Shown: piece after piece, positions 17,565-26,121 of the stretch
Position numbering within the stretch: the first letter of the stretch is position 1
Layout of the letters: each line of letters begins with the position of its first letter
From: a virus
Reading direction: 5' to 3' (one strand)
DNA length: 64,000 bases
Virus record (IMG/VR): IMGVR_UViG_3300032174_000004
Span: 4,636 to 68,635 of that record
Program-made: the position numbers and the translations under genes
Notes under the pieces: model-generated
Told to the model about the DNA's origin: nothing
Databases searched by the model: none
Seen by the model: the letters and a program-made list of their open reading frames with translations, nothing else

Positions 17565-17627
17565 TGACAATCTCGTTTCAATCCACGCGCTTAGGTAAGC
17601 GCGAAGCTGAGATTGTACCGCGCAGAT

Positions 17628-17813
17628 TCAGCCAGCGCGACGAAACCCGTAGGCACGGGTGGCGACGCCGCAATACTCCTGCAACTTGCGCCCCAAGTTG
17701 TGATCCTCAGGGTTCGGTCGCTGTGAGTTCTCGCGCAGGACGAGCTCGGCCATCCGCGCGAGCTGACGCACGGTGAACTCAGTCGGAAGCGTCATTTCTT
17801 TGCGAGTATTCAT
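17628..17813 (-). CDS. Hypothetical protein divergent from recT
   Basis: ORF at the strand switch; start uncertain. Confidence 0.5.
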   Translation of the reverse strand: MNTRKEMTLPTEFTVRQLARMAELVLRENSQRPNPEDHNLGRKLQEYCGVATRAYGFRRAG

Positions 17814-17832
17814 ATGGATAGGGTGCCACTAC

Positions 17833-17861
17833 TTGCAACAAGATGCAACAACGCGTAACTT
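17833..17861 (+). promoter_or_regulatory. Phage promoter motif copy upstream of recT
   Basis: TTGCAA-CAAGATGCAACAACGCG(17)-TAACTT. Confidence 0.75.
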
Positions 17862-17883
17862 GGCCGAAACATCCGAGGTCTCA

Positions 17884-18906
17884 ATGGCTAAAGCACAGCA
17901 AACCGCCGCCGCTCGTCCGTCGCTCCTGTCCGAGGAGCAAGTAATGCACCAGCTCGTTCAGGCGCAGACCGTCTTCAAGACCGTCGCTACCCAGGAACAA
18001 TCACCACTTCAGTGGGATAGTGAACTCGACTTTGCCCGCGCGATCGTGATGAATGACCCCACCGACCGGCTGCGCCAAGTGGTGCCTGAGACGCTGGCGA
18101 ATGCGATGCGCGATCTCGCCCACGTCGGTCTCACACTCAACCCCGTCAAGCACTTCTGCACGCTCATTGCGCGCTGGAATGACCGCGCCAAGGTACTTGA
18201 GGCGCATGTCATGTTCATGTACCGCGGCCTCGTGTACTTGGCGACCCAAGCCGGCGTGCACGATATCCAGTGCGACGTGATCTACAAGGCGGATGCTTTC
18301 AAGATCGCCCGTCGCAGCGATGGCGACTACTTTGAGCACGAGATCAACATCACGGTCCCGCGCGACAAGGACAACTTCTTCCTCGGCGCATACGTGGCGG
18401 CCCGCATGCCCAAAACCGGTGAGCGCAAGGTGGAGTGGGTACCGGCCGAGGACATCTTCAAGATGCGAGAGGAGTCCGACTCGTATCTCGATCGCGAGGG
18501 AAAGGTACGGCCCAATTCCCCCTGGGTGAAGTGGTTCGATGAGCAGGCCAAGAAAAGCGCTTTGAAGCGCGCCACCAAACGATGGGAAGAGTCCATCGAT
18601 GAGGGCTCGCGATGGCAACGGCTGCACCACGCGGTCGACCTAGATCACCGTAGCGAGGGTGGAACCACGATCGAGGGAGTGGCGACGGAAGTCGAGGTCC
18701 AGAAGCTCTCCGTCGATCAAATCACGGAGATCGAAACCAAAGCGCAGGAACTCGGCCACATAGACGTTAATAAATACCTGCGCAAGGTCTGCGCCGCGTA
18801 TGGCACTGAGGTCCTGGCCGACATTCCCGCCAAGTGCTACCCGGAAATCCTTGAGCGCATCGCCGCTTCCAAAGCCGAAGTCGAGAAGCGCAAGAACAAG
18901 AAATGA
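17884..18906 (+). CDS. recT: RecT-family single-strand annealing protein
   Basis: GLTLNPV...YRGLVYLA...VIYKADAF...SPWVKWFDEQAKKSALKRA. Confidence 0.9.
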   Translation: MAKAQQTAAARPSLLSEEQVMHQLVQAQTVFKTVATQEQSPLQWDSELDFARAIVMNDPTDRLRQVVPETLANAMRDLAHVGLTLNPVKHFCTLIARWNDRAKVLEAHVMFMYRGLVYLATQAGVHDIQCDVIYKADAFKIARRSDGDYFEHEINITVPRDKDNFFLGAYVAARMPKTGERKVEWVPAEDIFKMREESDSYLDREGKVRPNSPWVKWFDEQAKKSALKRATKRWEESIDEGSRWQRLHHAVDLDHRSEGGTTIEGVATEVEVQKLSVDQITEIETKAQELGHIDVNKYLRKVCAAYGTEVLADIPAKCYPEILERIAASKAEVEKRKNKK

Positions 18907-19130
18907 ACCGCGCTGGCCATTGCTTCTACTGCGAGACTGGAACGCACATCAACGGGCATAAGCGTAAGGATTGCGGGACGGCGCTGTGTGACTGCTGCCG
19001 CAAGCCAATTCCCTGGCATACGGTTTCTTTTCGCGGCTGGTGTCAGCACTGTGAGTTGGAATTCACTGTTTTAAAAGTCTCCGTTCGCAAGATGCGCCGC
19101 ACTCGTCAGCGCCTGAAGGTAGTAGCATGA
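18903..19130 (+). CDS. Small Cys-rich protein
   Basis: CxxC motifs, ATGA overlap. Confidence 0.55.
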   Translation: MNRAGHCFYCETGTHINGHKRKDCGTALCDCCRKPIPWHTVSFRGWCQHCELEFTVLKVSVRKMRRTRQRLKVVA

Positions 19131-19375
19131 CTTCAAATTTGTGTCTCAGTGGAGTTAGTCGTGCTGCGGACGATGGCGAGCCGTTAAGCCGCCGCGTGAT
19201 TGAGCTTCACTTCAATCGCGAACCGACAGACGATGAGATGCGCGCGGTCCACGAGCACATGCGACTTGCAGTTTGTTTTTCCTGCGATCGCGTCGCCGCT
19301 CTGGACTGCTCAAGGGGCACAGCTTCCGAGGTATGCAAGTGTAAGTGCCATCCTGAGAACAAGGCGAATCCATGA
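19127..19375 (+). CDS. Hypothetical protein
   Basis: LHFNREPTDDEMRAVHE. Confidence 0.65.
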   Translation: MTSNLCLSGVSRAADDGEPLSRRVIELHFNREPTDDEMRAVHEHMRLAVCFSCDRVAALDCSRGTASEVCKCKCHPENKANP

Positions 19376-19602
19376 AAACTCAGAAGTTCCTGCAATGGCT
19401 CGCGGTCGGGTACATCGCGCTACTTGCGCTGTGTTTTCTATGCGTTATTGGCGTGTTGCTCTTTTTGTTCTTTAAATCTGTCTTCAACGACTGGGGTACG
19501 TGGCTGAAGGTCTGCGGCGCAATTGCCGTCATCGCCGCAGGTCAGTGGGCTCAGTCGTACTTGTCTGATCATGGCGTGCCGTGGAATACCGATGAGCGAT
19601 AA
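19372..19602 (+). CDS. Small two-TM membrane protein
   Basis: Two hydrophobic helices. Confidence 0.65.
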   Translation: MKTQKFLQWLAVGYIALLALCFLCVIGVLLFLFFKSVFNDWGTWLKVCGAIAVIAAGQWAQSYLSDHGVPWNTDER

Positions 19603-20233
19603 TCCCCTCCAATACAACGATGCTTGGTGGCAAGCGCGGCGCGGCAAGCTAACGTCTTCACGCATGAAGACAATTGTTCATGGAGGCCCGCGTGCTTGGA
19701 CTACGTTGATCAAGAAGCTCCAGGCGGAACTTGCGAGCGACCAGATTCTTGAGCCGGATCTCGACTACGTGCCGGCGATCGCACATGGCCGTAAGTACGA
19801 GCCGATTGCGCGTAATAACGTCGAGATGGACTTGGGTATCGACTTGGAACTCGTGGGATTCGTCACGCACCCTAAGTATGACTTCATCGGATGCTCAAGC
19901 GATGCGCTGGCAGCAGATCGCTCATTCAATTTTGAGGCGAAATGTCCTCTCAACATCGACCGGCATCGCGTGGTTTACCAGACACGCCGCATGCCCGATG
20001 AGCACCGACCGCAGGTGCAGTGCCAGATGTTTGTCCACAACGTCGATACGACCCTCTTCACGTCCTTCCACCCCGATGAGCCCCACTGGAGAATGCGCAC
20101 AGTTACCGTTGAGGTAAAGCGGGATCAGGCCTACATCGAGTATATGGTTGAGCGCTGCCAACAGTTCATGAAAGCGATGCGCGGTGAGGCCCCAGTGATC
20201 CAAAAGGCGATTTCCATCCCCTCCATTTTTTGA
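19592..20233 (+). CDS. YqaJ/lambda-exonuclease family nuclease
   Basis: WWQARRGKLTSS...HGRKYEPIAR...GCSSD...EAKCP...QVQCQM. Confidence 0.92.
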   Translation: MSDNPLQYNDAWWQARRGKLTSSRMKTIVHGGPRAWTTLIKKLQAELASDQILEPDLDYVPAIAHGRKYEPIARNNVEMDLGIDLELVGFVTHPKYDFIGCSSDALAADRSFNFEAKCPLNIDRHRVVYQTRRMPDEHRPQVQCQMFVHNVDTTLFTSFHPDEPHWRMRTVTVEVKRDQAYIEYMVERCQQFMKAMRGEAPVIQKAISIPSIF

Positions 20234-20244
20234 GGAACAACAAC

Positions 20245-21006
20245 ATGAAGAAGGTCTCTCTTGATACGACTGGCTCTATGCTCGTCGTCCCCCCAGACAT
20301 CGATTCGGCACCGATTGCCATCCTGCCAATACTATCTCTCATCCCGCAGTTGGAGCCCTTCAAAGCGGCTGCGGCCAATGTGGAAGCGCAAGCGCAACGC
20401 GCCATGATTGAGTCCGAGGAAGCCTGGCAGAAGGGCTCTGAATTCCTCACCGTGTGTGCGCAGCAATGGGATCAGCTCGAGGACTTGCGTAAGGCGGTGA
20501 AGAAGCCGATCGACGACTACGGCAAGTTCATCCAGTCGATCTTCCTGCCGATTCAGAACCGCTTCGCGACGGCAAAGGGCGTCGTAGCAGAGCGGATGCG
20601 GGTTTTCCAAAAGGCCGAGGAGCGCAAGCGAGCGCTCGCTGCAGAGGCTGTGCGCAAGGCCAACGAGGAAGCCGCCCAGAAGCTGGCCGCAGAGGCGGAG
20701 GCCCGCGGCGATACCGCAGCGGCCGAGGCTATCCTCGATGTGGCCGTGATGGTCCCCGTCCCCGTAGAGCCCCTGAAGCTCGGCGGCACGAATGCCTACG
20801 GCAAGTCCACCAACGTCGTGAAGCGCTGGACCGCGACGGTCGAGAACCCGATGGAAGTCTTGAAGGCCATTCTCGCCGGCCAGATCCCCATCAGCATCAT
20901 CGACTGGAAGCAATCGGAACTCAACAAAGTCGCCTCCAACCTGAAAGTTGAGAAGTCCCTCCTTGGCCTGAAGGTCTATCAGACCGAAACTCTGCAGCAG
21001 AGGTGA
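20245..21006 (+). CDS. Coiled-coil phage protein of the recombination module
   Basis: LEDLRKAVKKPIDD..., long helical region, GLKVYQ end. Confidence 0.8.
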   Translation: MKKVSLDTTGSMLVVPPDIDSAPIAILPILSLIPQLEPFKAAAANVEAQAQRAMIESEEAWQKGSEFLTVCAQQWDQLEDLRKAVKKPIDDYGKFIQSIFLPIQNRFATAKGVVAERMRVFQKAEERKRALAAEAVRKANEEAAQKLAAEAEARGDTAAAEAILDVAVMVPVPVEPLKLGGTNAYGKSTNVVKRWTATVENPMEVLKAILAGQIPISIIDWKQSELNKVASNLKVEKSLLGLKVYQTETLQQR

Positions 21007-21009
21007 GTC

Positions 21010-21456
21010 ATGGAACCGTACCGCGTTGAAATAGATAACGAGGGGTGTCGGACTTGTGCTCATGACAAAACATGGCACGTAATTGGCCCGGATGAAATTG
21101 CCGAGAGCACTTCGTATGGAGATGAAGAAGACGCGCACTGGCTGTGCCGTGCGCTAAATAGCGCCTATACCTTGGGGCAATCCAACCCTACCGATAACGC
21201 ATGGGTCTCTTTCGCCACTCGCCTCCCACCGGAAAACTCACAGATACTGATATGGGATGCTGAATATGATCAAACGTCTCAGCGATTCTATTATTCAGCT
21301 TACTTTACGCCAGAAGAACTCCAGAGGTTGAAATACACCCACTGGAGACCGGCGCTTGCCGGGCCGCCGAAGCTTACCGATCCGCCAATCACTGCCGAGG
21401 AAGTCAAGGAGGAAATCAAGCCTGTGCCACATGCAGAGGACGATATCCCCTTTTAG
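21010..21456 (+). CDS. DUF551-like protein with SSB-type C-terminal tail
   Basis: WVSFATRLP...THWRP; ends EDDIPF. Confidence 0.75.
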   Translation: MEPYRVEIDNEGCRTCAHDKTWHVIGPDEIAESTSYGDEEDAHWLCRALNSAYTLGQSNPTDNAWVSFATRLPPENSQILIWDAEYDQTSQRFYYSAYFTPEELQRLKYTHWRPALAGPPKLTDPPITAEEVKEEIKPVPHAEDDIPF

Positions 21457-21461
21457 CTCGC

Positions 21462-21490
21462 TTGCAACAAGCTGTAACAAGCGCTACGCT
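21462..21490 (+). promoter_or_regulatory. Phage promoter motif copy
   Basis: TTGCAA-CAAGCTGTAACAAGCGC(17)-TACGCT. Confidence 0.75.
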
Positions 21491-21512
21491 CGTCTCACAA
21501 TAACGAGGGTCT

Positions 21513-21737
21513 ATGGCAGATAAAGTCTCTTTCGGTAATGGCGATTCAGCACGCGTAGAGCGCTGGCCATTCTCGAAGTTGAAGCCGGGCAAGTACTTTG
21601 AGATTACCGATCTCTCCCAGCATGTTGCATTGCGGACGGCGGCAAGCCGGGCCCGAAAGAAGCACAACACGACATTCATCGTACGCAAGATGACGCGTCA
21701 GGACGGCACTCCTATCCTACGGGTCTATCGCGAGTAA
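21513..21737 (+). CDS. Small basic putative DNA-binding protein
   Basis: RWPFSKLKPGKYFEI...LRTAASR...FIVR...LRVYR. Confidence 0.75.
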   Translation: MADKVSFGNGDSARVERWPFSKLKPGKYFEITDLSQHVALRTAASRARKKHNTTFIVRKMTRQDGTPILRVYRE

Positions 21738-21738
21738 A

Positions 21739-21840
21739 CCGAGCCACAATGCTGCAGCGGCAGACAGGTCACGCACTCCCTCGGCAATGTGCGTGATGAG
21801 CGCAAGCTCACGCTGAGGTTCGACTCCTCAGGGCCGGCCC
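21739..21840 (+). ncRNA. tRNA-like RNA (type II layout, aberrant anticodon and acceptor arms)
   Basis: D arm CTG/CAG with GGCAGA loop, 8-bp arm, variable arm TGAGC-GCAA-GCTCA, T arm TGAGG-TTCGACT-CCTCA. Confidence 0.65.
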
Positions 21841-21862
21841 CTAGAACTAGAAGGTCTCAGTC

Positions 21863-22168
21863 ATGGAAAAACCTGCCACAACAGACTGCGAGAAACGGCT
21901 CGACAAGATGATGTCGCGCTACGGCTCGTACGAAACTGCGCATGCTCTCCAGAAGCAGCTGCAAGAGCTAGTTATACAGATGAATCTCAGCGGCGCCGCT
22001 CCTGAACTCATTGCCTACTCAGTCGCGCAGCATGCCTCTGCATGCGTCGCCGCGCTGAAAATGGCCAAGATCATCGATCCGCACCTCGCCGATGCGTTAG
22101 CCGAGGACTTCTTTGAGACCATCCACCGCGCTTTCCCTGGAGCGCCAGGGTTGAGGAGCAAGCAATGA
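21863..22168 (+). CDS. Hypothetical helical protein
   Basis: Operon packing. Confidence 0.65.
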   Translation: MEKPATTDCEKRLDKMMSRYGSYETAHALQKQLQELVIQMNLSGAAPELIAYSVAQHASACVAALKMAKIIDPHLADALAEDFFETIHRAFPGAPGLRSKQ

Positions 22169-22656
22169 GCGAGCCGACAAAGGGACTGCAATTATCCTTA
22201 GAGGATGACCAGTTGCTCTTCACTACTACAGAGTCCGAAACCAAGATGATGCCACTGCTGCTCTCTGAGGAGCACATGCAGGTCAATGTCACCTATATCA
22301 ACTGGTTGTTGCAAACCGACCAGAAGCGCCGGGAGCACCTAGAGAAGCTCCACGCTGGCGGCCAAGACATCCTAGTCGACATGGGCGACATGACGCGCGC
22401 CAACATCGATAGCATCGAGCTTGATGCTGATTACGAGTCGATGACCGAAGACATCATCCAGAACGTTAACCACATCATTTTGCAGGGAATTGAGCCTATA
22501 AAAGCGCTCTTCTCCATGTCGCAGGCTTTCGCCATCGTCCTTGGCTATGCCCTGCGAGCCAACATGCCTTTTGAGGTCGCCAAGGCGCTCCTCACGCAAG
22601 TGATGAACTCAGCGACCGCCAGCGAGAAGATGATCCGGATCATTACCAAACAGTAG
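22165..22656 (+). CDS. Hypothetical protein
   Basis: GAGGAG SD, ATGA overlap. Confidence 0.7.
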   Translation: MSEPTKGLQLSLEDDQLLFTTTESETKMMPLLLSEEHMQVNVTYINWLLQTDQKRREHLEKLHAGGQDILVDMGDMTRANIDSIELDADYESMTEDIIQNVNHIILQGIEPIKALFSMSQAFAIVLGYALRANMPFEVAKALLTQVMNSATASEKMIRIITKQ

Positions 22657-22667
22657 TTAGGAGAAAC

Positions 22668-23246
22668 ATGCAATTTTCATTTAAGAAACGCGCCGCCAAC
22701 TTCGGCGTCTATAACAATCGGCTCGAAAACAATGGCCCCGATAAGAAGGTCAAAGCGATCGATCTACCCTTCGAGTTTCAGATGAAGCCGAAGGAAATCG
22801 ATATGGTCGTGCCCACGAACGGCGTACCGCTCTCACAGTTCCTCTTCGGCGACAACCTGCGCAAGCCCGAACTCCAGACCCATCTGCTCTCACCACTCAA
22901 GGTGCAGCGCAAGCCCGAACATATCGAGCTTGTGATCTACGATGATGGCATCGACAAGCGCAAGTGCATGCGTTTCAAGGACACGACGGTGAAGGACCCG
23001 ACCATCGTCATCGACCAGGACGGCACCCCGTATCTAACGGGCAAGTTCCAGATCCACCCGAACGGTCAACTCCAGCGCATCTCCGACAACATCGAAGGCC
23101 AGACGCGGGAGTTCGAGTGTCGAGCTACCCAGCCTGAACTCTTCGATGAGAAGGAAGAGGAGGAGGATGAACCAGCGGGTGAACAGCAGGACTTTATGGA
23201 CTCACCGGATAAGGGGGACAAAGACGAGGATGATGACGAAGATTGA
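22668..23246 (+). CDS. Hypothetical beta-rich protein with acidic tail
   Basis: AGGAG SD; D/E-rich C-terminus. Confidence 0.75.
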   Translation: MQFSFKKRAANFGVYNNRLENNGPDKKVKAIDLPFEFQMKPKEIDMVVPTNGVPLSQFLFGDNLRKPELQTHLLSPLKVQRKPEHIELVIYDDGIDKRKCMRFKDTTVKDPTIVIDQDGTPYLTGKFQIHPNGQLQRISDNIEGQTREFECRATQPELFDEKEEEEDEPAGEQQDFMDSPDKGDKDEDDDED

Positions 23247-23289
23247 ACTTCCAGTCGCGTCAAAGACGCAGTAAGGAGCAGCGAAAATT

Positions 23290-23478
23290 TTGATCCTAAC
23301 TCGGAGAATCGGAGAAACCGTGATGATCGGGGACGAGGTGACGATCACGGTCTTGAGGGTAAAGGGAAGCCAAGTGCGCGTTGGCATTAACGCCCCGAAG
23401 AGCGTTGCCGTCCATCGTGAAGAAGTTTACGACAGGATCAAACGCGAGCAGCAGGGCGAGCCGCAGAACGCGTCTTAG
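23290..23478 (+). CDS. csrA: Carbon storage regulator CsrA/RsmA
   Basis: [22 protein letters not shown]...[20 protein letters not shown]. Confidence 0.95.
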   Translation: MILTRRIGETVMIGDEVTITVLRVKGSQVRVGINAPKSVAVHREEVYDRIKREQQGEPQNAS

Positions 23479-23486
23479 CCGATCCC

Positions 23487-23954
23487 ATGGCTAGCCTCCC
23501 CTACGAAACGGCAACGAGTGGCGACCGAGCTCTCCTGGAGATCCAGAAGATTCTAGGCAAGTTCGGTTGCCAGTCCTTCGGGCACATGATCGACGCTGAG
23601 CGCGGAATGACGATTGTTCAGTTCCGCTGGCGTGATCGGCAGATCCAACTGGAGGCATCGTGGAAGGGCTACGCGGCCGCTTGGCAGAAGGCCCACCCAT
23701 GGGCCACGGTGCGCGGCAATGACCGGCAGGCGTACGACAGGAAGGCGCTGGAGATCGGGCGCACAGCGGTGTGTTCAGTCTTACGTGACTGGGTAAAAGG
23801 CCAAGTCACGGCGATCGAATGCGGCGTTCTGAGTTTCGACGCCGTATTCATGCCGCATATGCTGTTGCCCTCTGGGGAGCGAGTGATAGACCGAATCGAA
23901 GCGAGTCAGATGTTGCCGCGCTCCGAGCAAAAGGCCGTGGAATTCAAGGCATGA
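23487..23954 (+). CDS. Conserved phage protein
   Basis: EIQKILGKFGCQSFG...LRDWVKGQVTAIECGVLSF.AVFMPH. Confidence 0.8.
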   Translation: MASLPYETATSGDRALLEIQKILGKFGCQSFGHMIDAERGMTIVQFRWRDRQIQLEASWKGYAAAWQKAHPWATVRGNDRQAYDRKALEIGRTAVCSVLRDWVKGQVTAIECGVLSFDAVFMPHMLLPSGERVIDRIEASQMLPRSEQKAVEFKA

Positions 23955-24207
23955 GACTCAGGGCAAGCTGCGCGCGCGCTCGATCGCTCTGAAGCGCTGC
24001 CGCACAGTGAGCCCGACCTAACTTGGGTTCGAGCCAGCGTAGGAAACCGCGCTGCCAGCCATACAGCCGAAGATCGGCATCTTTGCCATCGCGGACAAGG
24101 CCAGCGAGAGTACTTACCGTTAATCCATATCTCCCAAAAAACGTCGCACTTGCCCAGAAATCGAGCCCTAATGCTACTTCTAAACCCCACGGCTGCCCTT
24201 GACTCAC
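23944..24207 (-). CDS. Small phage protein
   Basis: LGLDFWASATF...TVSTLAG...HCAAA; GTGA overlap with the HNH gene. Confidence 0.6.
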   Translation of the reverse strand: MSQGQPWGLEVALGLDFWASATFFGRYGLTVSTLAGLVRDGKDADLRLYGWQRGFLRWLEPKLGRAHCAAALQSDRARAQLALSLMP

Positions 24208-24755
24208 GATGTAGTCCTTCGTTTAGGCAGAAAACGTCCTGTGCGCATGTCTTTTAACATCGCAGGCCGGGGCCTGCTATTGTGCCTCTGCTCCAGCCGT
24301 GTAGCCCACCGACAGTTTCTGGGTTCGTAATTCCCATCATTGTCTTTCCTATCTATGGACAGACCTTCGGGCTTTTCTCCCATATCAGCTAGGAAGTTTT
24401 CAAACTTATCCCAGCGCCCACAAACCGAGATTCCGCGTCCACCGTAATTCTTGTATCCAATGTGTTTCGGATTAGTACAACGGGCATGAATGCCTTGCCA
24501 TACCGTATAGGTCTGACTTACACGAAGACCACCATTGGACTTTATTCGAGAGTGCCCATGGATAACTACGGCTTTGAGGAAATTCTCGCGCTTCAGACAT
24601 CCGCATGATGCAGTAACGCCGTTCCGCAAGTTGCCAGTGCGAATTAGACCAAACGATCCACAATCACAAACGCAAAAAGTATTGACTCCGAATGCAGCCA
24701 AAGTTGTCCATCGACCAACCTTGATCCCGATCGTGATAGGCTTCAGAGCAGACAT
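24204..24755 (-). CDS. HNH-type homing endonuclease
   Basis: CVCDCG...SCGC...W.GIHARC...YGGRGISVC...FLADMG...SIDRKDNDGNYEPRNCRWAT; start MSALKP with AGGAG SD. Confidence 0.9.
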   Translation of the reverse strand: MSALKPITIGIKVGRWTTLAAFGVNTFCVCDCGSFGLIRTGNLRNGVTASCGCLKRENFLKAVVIHGHSRIKSNGGLRVSQTYTVWQGIHARCTNPKHIGYKNYGGRGISVCGRWDKFENFLADMGEKPEGLSIDRKDNDGNYEPRNCRWATRLEQRHNSRPRPAMLKDMRTGRFLPKRRTTS

Positions 24756-24786
24756 GGCGTATCTCCTGAATAGATCGCTGTGTTTA

Positions 24787-24818
24787 GGGCGCGCGGTGTT
24801 ATAAGCGCCGCGCTGCCC
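24787..24818 (-). promoter_or_regulatory. Leader hairpin of the HNH gene
   Basis: GGGC-GCGCGGTG-TTATAAG-CGCCGCGC-T-GCCC inverted repeat upstream of the SD. Confidence 0.5.
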
Positions 24819-24865
24819 GCATCCTAATACATCGAGACCGAGACTGGCTTCGAGTGCGCAGGGGG

Positions 24866-25333
24866 TCACTGCGGCCACCCGTCAAGCGCACGCCGGCAGT
24901 CAGCCACTATTTTTTCGGCTTTGAGTTCGAACTCGTTGAGTTGGGGTCGGATGTCGGTAGCAATGAGACTATCGATTCCAGGCTCTGGCTGAGTTCCCCC
25001 GGCTGCGGTAGATCCACTACTGGCTTGGGCGGGAACTGCGGGCAGTTGGTGGGCTGCGGGCGGTTGGTGGCACAGGAGCACAGCAGTGCGCTGGCCAGTA
25101 ATAGCATTGTTGACCTTCGCCAAATCGATGTCATGTTTCTCATTTGCACGCTCCTGACCCTCCCGCCACTCCGACTCGATTTTGAGATTCTTCTCAAACT
25201 GCGCCTGAAAGTTCTTCATATCCTGAACTTTCACGATGTCCTTGCCGTAGTTGATCAACAACCAAATAGCCAGCCCCAAAGCTATGAGGATCACGATGTC
25301 CTTGACGAGCGCGATGATGGCGCTGGGCGTCAT
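24866..25333 (-). CDS. Rz-like inner-membrane spanin
   Basis: N-terminal TM plus coiled coil, in the lysis cassette. Confidence 0.75.
   Translation of the reverse strand: MTPSAIIALVKDIVILIALGLAIWLLINYGKDIVKVQDMKNFQAQFEKNLKIESEWREGQERANEKHDIDLAKVNNAITGQRTAVLLCHQPPAAHQLPAVPAQASSGSTAAGGTQPEPGIDSLIATDIRPQLNEFELKAEKIVADCRRALDGWPQ
24907..25107 (-). CDS. Rz1-like outer-membrane lipoprotein spanin embedded in Rz
   Basis: MLLLASALLCSC lipobox, Pro-rich, alternate frame inside Rz. Confidence 0.75.
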   Translation of the reverse strand: MLLLASALLCSCATNRPQPTNCPQFPPKPVVDLPQPGELSQSLESIVSLLPTSDPNSTSSNSKPKK

Positions 25334-25665
25334 GGCGCTGGTGCAGGCGATACGGGGGCGGGAACTTTCGCTTGTGCCTGTGGTATTGCAGCCGCAGCAG
25401 CCGCCACTTGAGCCAATGCCTGCGCCTCAGCCAATTGCCTAGCGGCGTCCCTGGCCTTCCGCCCCGTGAAGTAGCCGCGGATAATCACAAGGATGAACAA
25501 GCCCGCGCCCATCTTCTCCACTTCGTGATCGCCCAAGAAGGTGTGCGCAGCCTCACGGATATACAGGGGATCCAGATACGCCAGCACTGACATCATCGCA
25601 GCGCCCAATACCCCAAGGGCTTTGGTCAAGTGATCGACCACGACCCGATACGCTTTAGTGAGCAT
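25330..25665 (-). CDS. Holin-like two-TM protein
   Basis: Two TM helices between endolysin and spanin. Confidence 0.6.
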   Translation of the reverse strand: MLTKAYRVVVDHLTKALGVLGAAMMSVLAYLDPLYIREAAHTFLGDHEVEKMGAGLFILVIIRGYFTGRKARDAARQLAEAQALAQVAAAAAAIPQAQAKVPAPVSPAPAP

Positions 25666-25668
25666 TGG

Positions 25669-26121
25669 TTATCCTACTAGTTGGTAATTCCACGCACCTG
25701 CATGCCCCGTCGCGGTGAGCGCTTGGCGACGTGGACTCAATCCTTCGGGTGCGACCGAAATATGAATCCATGCGCGACACTCAAATAGCACTTGGTCTAT
25801 AGGAAACTCCACCCGAGTCCTGAGCATATCGAAGACGACGCTGAGGTCCAATCCTATTGGGATGAAATCGGCGGCGAGGCCTGCCAGATGCGCGCTGCCA
25901 TGGGCACCCCCGACTGCCGCATTGACCTTGGGAGAGCGGAACCCGCTGTTGATGTGCATCGGGACATTGAGTAGGGAGCGTACGGGCTCCAGCAGTTCCT
26001 GACAGAGGCGCTTCAGGTTCAGGACCTGCTCTGTGGTCGGCGTATTGTCGATGCCTTGCCGTAGAGCGACCTCTGAAAAGGTTAGCTCCTCCAGAGAAAA
26101 GTGAGGCGTCAATGGGTTCAT
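25669..26121 (-). CDS. Endolysin, peptidase M15 family
   Basis: LTPHFSLEEL...INSGFRS..VN.AVGG...SAH..G.AAD...WIHIS. Confidence 0.92.
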   Translation of the reverse strand: MNPLTPHFSLEELTFSEVALRQGIDNTPTTEQVLNLKRLCQELLEPVRSLLNVPMHINSGFRSPKVNAAVGGAHGSAHLAGLAADFIPIGLDLSVVFDMLRTRVEFPIDQVLFECRAWIHISVAPEGLSPRRQALTATGHAGAWNYQLVG

